Origin: a virus
Taxonomy: Duplodnaviria; Caudoviricetes
IMG/VR virus record: IMGVR_UViG_3300035670_000247
Coordinates: 1-57,882 of that record
DNA length: 57,882 nucleotides
Direction: 5' to 3' (one strand)
Part shown: positions 1 to 6,169 of the stretch, piece after piece
Layout of the letters: each line of letters opens with the position of its first letter
Numbering within the stretch: position 1 is the stretch's first letter
The notes under the pieces: model-generated
Databases searched by the model: none
What the model was told of the DNA's origin: nothing
Seen by the model: only the letters and a program-made list of their open reading frames with translations
Program-made: the position numbers and the translations under genes

Positions 1-127
1 GTACCGTCTGTTGTACCGTCTGTTGTACCGTCTGTTGTACCGTCTGTTGTACCGTCTGTTGTACCGTCTGTTGTACCGTCTGTTGTACCGTCTGTTGTAC
101 CGTCTGTTGTACCGTCTGTTGTACCGT
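1..127. repeat. 12-bp tandem repeat (GTACCGTCTGTT)n, 10 units plus 7 nt; probable origin iterons
   Basis: Directly visible. Encodes (GTTD)n on the minus strand inside the replication protein. Confidence 0.95.
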
Positions 128-461
128 TGCCTTGGTATTTGTTCCAGTTAAGTATTGTTATTACGCTGGTTACGTGGTTTTTCTGTTGTATTATTTGCGG
201 CGTTTCTTGTCTTTCCAATTCTGCAAGAAATCTTCTCACCTTTCCGCGTGACCACTTCCATCGATCCGCGAAAAGGTCTTCCGACAACGCCAGTTGACCA
301 ACCCCCAAATCAACGCGGCAGCCACGTATTCTAACGTGTGCCTTTCTGTGAGCCGCCATCATCAGCATATCCACCCACGCCTGGCCGCGGGTGAAAGGTT
401 CCGCCAGCCATGCGTCATTGTCGGCTAGAGACCGCCATATTTTTATATAGCCATGTTTCAT
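1..461 (-). CDS. Phage replication initiator / replisome organizer, N-terminal part (continues at 57882->57302)
   Basis: Hand translation: MKHGYIKIWRSLADNDAW...RGQAWVDMLMMA...DRWKWSRGKVRRFLAEL...VITILNWNKYQGN(GTTD)n, typical of phage replication proteins. Missing from the ORF track because it spans the contig ends. Confidence 0.85.
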   Translation of the reverse strand, partial: MKHGYIKIWRSLADNDAWLAEPFTRGQAWVDMLMMAAHRKAHVRIRGCRVDLGVGQLALSEDLFADRWKWSRGKVRRFLAELERQETPQIIQQKNHVTSVITILNWNKYQGNGTTDGTTDGTTDGTTDGTTDGTTDGTTDGTTDGTTDGTTDG

Positions 462-463
462 AT

Positions 464-829
464 TTACCCTCTGCAAGCGAGATACCGGGCAAGAACAACT
501 GTCTCCGGCACATTGTAGTCAATACCCTCTTGAAGTTCCGGCACGTCCGGGGGCGCCGGATCGTCGATCATATCAAGCCGCCATTCCACAATCCTAACGA
601 TGTCAGCGTGGGACAGTCCGGCGGTCAGTCCGCGGAACACCGAACACTTCACCACCTGGCTGCTGTCCCGTGTCGTAGGTTCGCTTTGCCGCTCTGTTAC
701 GTCACGGGGACAGCCCTGATTGTGCCAGTGGCGCAGGCAGCGGCTGACGATCTCCCCGTGGGTGAAGCCCAGCGCATCATGGATGCGCCGCATCCGCTGT
801 ACAACTCTGTTTTTAAGCCGCAGATCCAC
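464..829 (-). CDS. Hypothetical protein, possibly RHH-like DNA-binding
   Basis: Packs tightly between neighbouring minus-strand genes. Confidence 0.55.
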   Translation of the reverse strand: MDLRLKNRVVQRMRRIHDALGFTHGEIVSRCLRHWHNQGCPRDVTERQSEPTTRDSSQVVKCSVFRGLTAGLSHADIVRIVEWRLDMIDDPAPPDVPELQEGIDYNVPETVVLARYLACRG

Positions 830-832
830 GCC

Positions 833-1012
833 TTATCCCTCTCGAAAATTGCTTTTGATGAATGCTTCAAGGTCCTCCTGGCGGTATCTGGCATGACATC
901 CAATTTGCACATAGGGGATCTTCACGGCCTTGGTATACCGCCAATGGGATAGCGTTTGCGTGCTAATCCCGAGAATTCTCGCTGCTTCTTTGGTGGTCAG
1001 CAACTGTTCCAC
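833..1012 (-). CDS. Excisionase-family (HTH_17-like) DNA-binding protein, 59 aa
   Basis: Hand translation MEQLLTTKEAARILGISTQTLSHWRYTKAVKIPYVQIGCHARYRQEDLEAFI. GTG start with upstream AGGAG. Below the ORF-track cutoff. Confidence 0.85.
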   Translation of the reverse strand: MEQLLTTKEAARILGISTQTLSHWRYTKAVKIPYVQIGCHARYRQEDLEAFIKSNFREG

Positions 1013-1035
1013 GGTGATGCTCTCCTGAGAAAAGG

Positions 1036-1090
1036 GCCGGGCGGCTGGCTGGGAGGTTTGAGGGAGGGTTGGTAAGACCAGCCGCCCGGC
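1036..1090 (-). terminator. 13-bp GC-rich inverted repeat; terminator/attenuator candidate in the early operon
   Basis: GCCGGGCGGCTGG (1036-1048) pairs with CCAGCCGCCCGGC (1078-1090). Followed by CCTTTTC on the minus strand. The loop is unusually long. Confidence 0.5.
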
Positions 1091-1094
1091 AGAA

Positions 1095-1238
1095 CTATTG
1101 ATTCATCGCCTTGCTTATGTAGGGCAGGCGCGATATATGCCGCACCGCACGTCGGCGCGGCCTGCTGCTGATGCTATGCAGGGCTTCCCACCAGCCCGCG
1201 GCCAGCATTGCCGCCAGGATTATCATCAGAATGGTCAT
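1095..1238 (-). CDS. Small membrane peptide (47 aa)
   Basis: MTILMIILAAMLAAGWWEALH..., with GGAGG SD upstream. Confidence 0.55.
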   Translation of the reverse strand: MTILMIILAAMLAAGWWEALHSISSRPRRRAVRHISRLPYISKAMNQ

Positions 1239-1425
1239 GTTTCAGTCCTCCCTGTTGTTTGCTTACTATCCACTCTTCCAGGTCGTCTACATTGACCAGC
1301 GTTGTTGCCCGCTGGTCGTCGCCGGTCTTATACCAGCGTACGCTGCCGCTGGTGTACAGCCGCCGCGTGATGTGCGGCGGCAGCCCGAACATCTGTTTAA
1401 TCTGCTTGACCGTCGCGGTCCTCAT
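1174..1425 (-). CDS. Excisionase/Cox-like winged-helix protein
   Basis: ATVKQIKQMFGLPPHITRRLY...TLVNVDDLEEWI pattern. Second gene of the operon divergent from the repressor. Confidence 0.6.
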   Translation of the reverse strand: MRTATVKQIKQMFGLPPHITRRLYTSGSVRWYKTGDDQRATTLVNVDDLEEWIVSKQQGGLKHDHSDDNPGGNAGRGLVGSPA

Positions 1426-1588
1426 TTGCGTCCTCCATCGGGTTTCCGTTATTTTGCCGCAAAAATTTTTGCAGCTCCAGCCTGACCAGGCTGGAGGTGG
1501 TCAATTCCCGCTTGCGGGCCTCTATCTCCAGAGCCCGCTTGAGCTTGTGACTCATGCGGATTGCCAAGATTTGTTGCTCCATTGCCAT
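1397..1588 (-). CDS. Ribbon-helix-helix regulator (Cro position)
   Basis: LAIRMSHKLKRALEIEARKRELTTSSLVRLEL is Arc/CopG-like. GGAGG SD. Divergent from the repressor. Confidence 0.75.
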   Translation of the reverse strand: MAMEQQILAIRMSHKLKRALEIEARKRELTTSSLVRLELQKFLRQNNGNPMEDANEDRDGQAD

Positions 1589-1611
1589 AGTGTCCTCCGT
1601 GAATATTGGAT

Positions 1612-1679
1612 AACCTATAACGGAATTCCTGTACAGTCAAGTGCTTTGTATTGCTTTTTTCATATTTTTATTGTACGTT
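1612..1679. promoter_or_regulatory. Back-to-back sigma70 promoters of the genetic switch
   Basis: Minus strand: TTGACT(1640-1635)-17-TAGGTT(1617-1612). Plus strand: TTGCTT(1651-1656)-17-TACGTT(1674-1679). AT-rich intergenic region. Confidence 0.55.
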
Positions 1680-1706
1680 AAGTTATTAAAGAGCAAGGGG
1701 CATGTG

Positions 1707-2066
1707 ATGAGCATTGGAGACAGAATAAAAAACGAGCGCTTGCGTCAAGGCATGACGCAGGTCGAGCTGTCCCGCAAAAGCGGCATATCACAGGCGCAGA
1801 TCAGCAGTTATGAGCGAGGCATAGATCATCCCCGGCTATACAGTCTGCAGTCCATAGCCAAGGCCCTCGGAGTGACCAGCGTGGACCTGGAGCCGGGGAT
1901 GGCTGGCGAGACGTTGCATGACGATCTTGGCATTTACGAGATTGATTCGGAACCGCTGCTGAGAGTCCTGGAAATCTGGCATGAGCTGACCAGCGTCCAG
2001 CGAACCCTGATAGAATCCATGTGCCAGAGCATATTGGACAACCACAATCAACCAGGAAACAAGTAA
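1707..2066 (+). CDS. XRE-family HTH prophage repressor
   Basis: MSIGDRIKNERLRQGMTQVELSRKSGISQAQISSYERG...IAKALGV. No S24 peptidase domain is visible. Confidence 0.9.
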   Translation: MSIGDRIKNERLRQGMTQVELSRKSGISQAQISSYERGIDHPRLYSLQSIAKALGVTSVDLEPGMAGETLHDDLGIYEIDSEPLLRVLEIWHELTSVQRTLIESMCQSILDNHNQPGNK

Positions 2067-2188
2067 TGAGCAAAGAACTGAACAGCGGATGTCTGACGGC
2101 GCTTATGGTGTACGGTTTTGGGATATTGCAATTTGCCGGGGCCGTAGCCATTTGCGTTTTTATCCTCAAAGGCTGCGGTGTAATCTGA
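2066..2188 (+). CDS. 40-aa hydrophobic peptide co-transcribed with the repressor
   Basis: TAATG overlap with the repressor stop. MSKELNSGCLTALMVYGFGILQFAGAVAICVFILKGCGVI. Confidence 0.6.
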   Translation: MSKELNSGCLTALMVYGFGILQFAGAVAICVFILKGCGVI

Positions 2189-2389
2189 CTGTAGACGAAC
2201 TGTAGACGAAAATACTGTAAACATGTGTTAAAATAGGAACGCCACGAAGCTGTTGTGCGTGGTTTTCCCGGTTTTGGTCCTGTTAGTCTTGGTTCAAATC
2301 CAGGTGGGGTAGCCATCTAAAACAGCCTCAAATCTGACAAAATTAGGGATCATTGCAGCAAGATTATATGTAGCCGAATTGTAGACGAG
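2188..2389. mobile_element. attP with arm-type integrase-binding repeats
   Basis: TGTAGACGAA at 2190 and 2201, TGTAAACAT at 2216, TGTAGCCGAA at 2369 and TGTAGACGAG at 2380 flank a tRNA 3' half just upstream of the integrase. Confidence 0.85.
2270..2315 (+). tRNA. 3' half of tRNA-Gln(TTG) (att core; not a complete tRNA)
   Basis: Anticodon loop TTTTGGT, T arm CTTGG-TTCAAAT-CCAGG, acceptor 3' strand ending in CCA. No D arm or 5' acceptor strand. Confidence 0.8.
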
Positions 2390-2420
2390 TCGGCAACCTT
2401 TTGAAATAGGAATATTCAAA

Positions 2421-3476
2421 ATGGCTCTTTACCGGAGAGGTAAAGTATGGTGGGTCTATATTTACCGGGGAAGGGGACTGTCCCGGATTCAGCAATCGAC
2501 GGGCGAGACGGACAGGAACCGAGCCGCCGCCGTGGAGGCGGTGTTGCAGCAGGCGGTCACCACCGACATTCCAACGGAACGGCTGATCGATCAGATCCGG
2601 GCCATTCGCGGGGAATCCGCGCCGGGGGTACCGTGGGGTCGCGTGTGGGACATGTTTCTTCAGGAGCAGCGCCGCCGGGTGGCGGAGCGGACCCAGAGCA
2701 ACCGCAGGATTGCGCTGGAGCGGCTTGTCAAGTGGGTGGAAAACAACACGGCCTCCTCAACGATCAACGCCTTCACGCGCATACATGCGGCGATGTATTA
2801 TGAACACCTGCTGAAGTCCGGCCTGGCGCACAAGACCGCCAACAACATCAAGGGCGACCTGTCCTCGATATGGTCAACGATACTGGTCAGGGCAGATTTG
2901 GCGGAGAACGTCTGGACTGTTGTGCGGTCGGTCGAAAACCAAAGCCGTCATGGCCGGGCCTTCACCAGCGGCGAGGTCGAGGATATACTCAAGCAGGCGC
3001 GGGACGAGGGCGCACAGTGGGAAGAGGCGTGTCTGATCGCGCTGTACACCGGTTTGCGCCAGGGCGACATTTACGGGTTGCGCCCAGAGCACGTCCAGGG
3101 CGACATGTTTGTGCTACCGCCGTCGAAGACCAGACGGAGCAGCGGTGTCGTGGTCGCCGTGCCGATTCATCGGGAGATTACGGGCAGGATCCGAGAACTT
3201 GCGGACGCGGGCGGTGACTGGTTGCTGCCGGAGTTCAGGGAAAGTTTGGATCGCGACCGCAAGCGGTTTTCAAAAATTCTCCGTCGGGCGAAAATACGCG
3301 CAGACGGAGCGCACTTGACGTTCCACTGTTTCCGGCACTCGTTCAGGACTCGTCTTACCGCAGCCGGGGTGGACGAGGCGGTGATTCGGCGGCTGGCGGG
3401 GTGGACGACGGATGTGGCCGAGATATACAACCACGACGTGACCAGCCTACGCCGGGCGATTGACGTGCTGCTGTGA
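2421..3476 (+). CDS. int: Tyrosine integrase
   Basis: N-terminal arm-binding LYRRGKVWWV; catalytic motifs YTGLR, HCFRH and LAGW...IYNH. Adjacent to attP. Confidence 0.95.
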   Translation: MALYRRGKVWWVYIYRGRGLSRIQQSTGETDRNRAAAVEAVLQQAVTTDIPTERLIDQIRAIRGESAPGVPWGRVWDMFLQEQRRRVAERTQSNRRIALERLVKWVENNTASSTINAFTRIHAAMYYEHLLKSGLAHKTANNIKGDLSSIWSTILVRADLAENVWTVVRSVENQSRHGRAFTSGEVEDILKQARDEGAQWEEACLIALYTGLRQGDIYGLRPEHVQGDMFVLPPSKTRRSSGVVVAVPIHREITGRIRELADAGGDWLLPEFRESLDRDRKRFSKILRRAKIRADGAHLTFHCFRHSFRTRLTAAGVDEAVIRRLAGWTTDVAEIYNHDVTSLRRAIDVLL

Positions 3477-3477
3477 A

Positions 3478-3753
3478 TTATTGCAGCAGCTGCGCAGTGA
3501 CGGCAGAGATCACTGCCAGTGTGGCGCCGCCGGCCAGAAATACGGCGATCCGCGCAATCAGGCGGATGTCCTGCACATCGGCAACGATTCCTGGGCGACC
3601 GTTGCCATACAGCTCTTTAGCGTGATCCGACGTCTGTTCGTGATGCGCCTTGCAGCGCTCGCTCTGCGCAGCGATATACGTCTCCATGCGCATCTCCAAT
3701 CGCGCTGCTACCGCCTGGGCTATAGAGTTTATCTCATCGTTTGTCAACGTCAT
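3478..3753 (-). CDS. Holin-like protein (coiled coil plus C-terminal TM helix)
   Basis: LYGNGRPG motif then a hydrophobic helix. Last gene of the late operon. Confidence 0.5.
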   Translation of the reverse strand: MTLTNDEINSIAQAVAARLEMRMETYIAAQSERCKAHHEQTSDHAKELYGNGRPGIVADVQDIRLIARIAVFLAGGATLAVISAVTAQLLQ

Positions 3754-3757
3754 TGTG

Positions 3758-4456
3758 TTAACCCTTTGTCAAGTTAAAAATTCCGATTACGTAGAACCGA
3801 CGATCCACGAGAAACCTGGCCGGGTACCACGCCTCCGGGAATTCGTCATTGGTGCCGCTCGCATCCGCGAACAGTCCAGCCTGCCTATCCCATTGCCATA
3901 CAGCTCCGCTGCATACGTTATAGCGGTGATCTTTGAACATCTCAAAAAATGATCGGTCGCGCCAAAACGGAATGATCCGCCGCCACCGTTTGGTCACGTA
4001 CTTCAGGTAGTAAAGCAGTTCCTTGACCGGGTACCGGTCGCCGCGCATCACCGCCTCCCCGGCGCGGTTGGCCACCAGCTCCATCACGTCTTCCGGTGAC
4101 TTTCCCGTCGGGATGAACGCCTCTTCGCGGGGCAGTACCAGGGCAACCCTGTACCCCACCAGTTTGCGTAGCTCCCGGAACCGTGCCTTCGGCCTGTACA
4201 GCTCGGCGATGTGGTCCTCGTCGTAGAGGACTGCCGCATGGGTGTAGTGCCGGGCCGCCTCGACCTGAGCGTCGGTTGCGCCTCCCAGGTCTTTCAACGC
4301 GCAGCCCTGTGCCCAGGCGATGCCGTTGTTCAGCCCTTTGGCTTCACCGTTCATCGTCAGCATGTGCGTTCCGGCCCAGAACTCACCGGCGAGCACCAGC
4401 GACTTGAATTGGGAAATCGGCATCGTGATGATGGGGAGCTGATCGATGGTTTTCAT
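3758..4456 (-). CDS. Permuted papain-like (YiiX/NlpC-P60) amidase; endolysin candidate
   Basis: YTHAAV histidine precedes VCSGAV cysteine; Y..K.L and YP..F elements present. Sits in the lysis position. Confidence 0.7.
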   Translation of the reverse strand: MKTIDQLPIITMPISQFKSLVLAGEFWAGTHMLTMNGEAKGLNNGIAWAQGCALKDLGGATDAQVEAARHYTHAAVLYDEDHIAELYRPKARFRELRKLVGYRVALVLPREEAFIPTGKSPEDVMELVANRAGEAVMRGDRYPVKELLYYLKYVTKRWRRIIPFWRDRSFFEMFKDHRYNVCSGAVWQWDRQAGLFADASGTNDEFPEAWYPARFLVDRRFYVIGIFNLTKG

Positions 4457-4962
4457 TTCGCTGGTTCGTTTTCGATGGTTCGATAGCCATAATCCAGCAG
4501 AGCGTCGTCAATGCCCTCGCGAAAGTTAGAGAGTATTGTCGTGTCGGCAAGCACGTCGATGTCTCCGAGTTCCGCTTTGATCCGGTTGCGCATAAGCGTC
4601 AGCGCTTGTGCGGCCAGCGATTGCAGCACTTCGGAACTTTCGGACTCAAGGTCTCGGCCGATTTCCGCCACCTCTTCGGCGATTGCCGTATCGATGTCGT
4701 CCTCCACGTCTTCGGGTACTTCGCCGTCGGTGATCGCGCAGATGACGCGGTACGCGATGACAATAGCTGTTCGAGTGGAAGGCGATTGAACATCCTCGGT
4801 AAGCATGAACGTCACCGCCGCGATTCGTCCGGCCTGGTATCCCGGCTTTTCCGCATTGCGGGAAAATGCGCATCCGCTGCTTATCAGCATCAGCAGTTGC
4901 AGGGTCATTGAGATTGTCAACAGAATTATCAGCGCAAATAATCTAGTCTTCATCAGCGTCAC
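4453..4962 (-). CDS. Putative lipoprotein (lysis region)
   Basis: Hydrophobic leader ending in ISSGC. Confidence 0.6.
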   Translation of the reverse strand: MTLMKTRLFALIILLTISMTLQLLMLISSGCAFSRNAEKPGYQAGRIAAVTFMLTEDVQSPSTRTAIVIAYRVICAITDGEVPEDVEDDIDTAIAEEVAEIGRDLESESSEVLQSLAAQALTLMRNRIKAELGDIDVLADTTILSNFREGIDDALLDYGYRTIENEPAK

Positions 4963-5221
4963 TCCTTATTCTATAGTCAGTTCTGTCTGGCCTGACACAG
5001 GACACGATTTGTCCCAGCAGGCTGTCGGATTTTGTGTCTATGGACGCTTTGGTTCCGTCGGGGAACTCCCACGTCGAAGCCACTTTGCCGTTTGCCGAAC
5101 ACGAGAACACGCGCCCGTCCGGCGTCACGCACCACGTTTTGGTCACGCAGCTGGTCAGCATCGTGACTGCCGTCATCAGCAGCAGAATGTATCCACACTT
5201 ATTTTTCCATTTGTTGAACAT
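4943..5221 (-). CDS. Small lipoprotein (spanin-like candidate)
   Basis: Lipobox LTSC after a hydrophobic stretch. Confidence 0.6.
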   Translation of the reverse strand: MFNKWKNKCGYILLLMTAVTMLTSCVTKTWCVTPDGRVFSCSANGKVASTWEFPDGTKASIDTKSDSLLGQIVSCVRPDRTDYRIRSDADED

Positions 5222-5408
5222 TGTGCTGTCCTCGTTGCAATGCTTTGATCATATTCAGCATCTCTTCAAATTTCAGCGCGGTCTCCAACAGCTCCATGCC
5301 GATAAATTCGAGATCATGCCCATGCGTATCAGCTAAAGCTATTGCTCTGGTGCCGGCAGACGCAACATTCTTCCGCAGTTCTGTCAGTTTAGTCATAAAT
5401 TCGTTCAT
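5199..5408 (-). CDS. Hypothetical protein
   Basis: Overlap-coupled to neighbours. Confidence 0.55.
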   Translation of the reverse strand: MNEFMTKLTELRKNVASAGTRAIALADTHGHDLEFIGMELLETALKFEEMLNMIKALQRGQHNVQQMEK

Positions 5409-6154
5409 GGCAGGTTAGCCCCGATCCACGTCAGCAGCGTGTTAAGAGTGATTCTACGGTGGGTTCCGTCGCTTGCGTCATACAACAGGAGGTAGTCGGT
5501 GCTGGCCAACGTCGTTCCCGCCGCGTAGGTGTTGATCAGATACAGCAGTTCTGCTGCGGACACATTGCCGAGCTGCAGCTGTCCGTCGTCGGCGCATTCC
5601 ACCGTCCATCCATCGATGGGATCGCCTATTGGGTCCATGCCCTCATTAATAGCTGCCACCAGAGCATCGACCTCATCTGCCGTGTAGTAAGCCAGTCCGG
5701 CTGACGATGGCAGGGTGTCGGCGGGGCGTTCGACGTTGTTCCACAGCGTCACCGAATAGTCCACGCTGTAGGCTGCGGTGGCGTCTGATATGTGGATCAT
5801 TACCGGTGCCCGTGGTTCATCCCCCAGATAGTTGAATGCTTCCGTCGTGTTAAGGTCAATGACCACCGAGAGCAGTGCTCCGTCAACATGAAATGCGGCT
5901 CCTGTGGCTATTGCAATGACCGTCTCGTAGTCGTCCTGGGGTTTGATGGTGCATTTGTAAACACCGCCATCGAACCATGCTCCTGATGCAAGGGCAAATA
6001 CCAGCGTTGGCTGCGTCCCGGCAACCAGCCTTCCGGCCTGCGTCATGTTGCCGGACGTCGCATTGACTGTAAATGTCACTGTAGGCGTCGCCGCGGCCGC
6101 TGCGGCCAGCAGTGCGATAGATAGACAAACCAGGCGTCGTATTATTATCATCAT
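5405..6154 (-). CDS. Tail-fibre/BppU-like protein with signal peptide
   Basis: RRLVCLSIALLAAAAAA leader, a beta-rich domain and a YYTADEVDAL fibre motif. Confidence 0.6.
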   Translation of the reverse strand: MMIIIRRLVCLSIALLAAAAAATPTVTFTVNATSGNMTQAGRLVAGTQPTLVFALASGAWFDGGVYKCTIKPQDDYETVIAIATGAAFHVDGALLSVVIDLNTTEAFNYLGDEPRAPVMIHISDATAAYSVDYSVTLWNNVERPADTLPSSAGLAYYTADEVDALVAAINEGMDPIGDPIDGWTVECADDGQLQLGNVSAAELLYLINTYAAGTTLASTDYLLLYDASDGTHRRITLNTLLTWIGANLP

Positions 6155-6169
6155 TGCAGTTCTCCGTAT

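Noticed and set aside
1-127. Terminal repeats as a CRISPR array, telomere or direct terminal repeat of the virion DNA
   Set aside because: There are no spacers, and the repeat is in frame within a gene spanning the junction. The 127-nt identity is best explained as assembly overlap.
410-952. Plus-strand 180-aa ORF
   Set aside because: Overlaps three better-supported minus-strand genes.
2240-2315. Complete tRNA gene
   Set aside because: The 5' acceptor strand and D arm are missing; only the att-core half is present.
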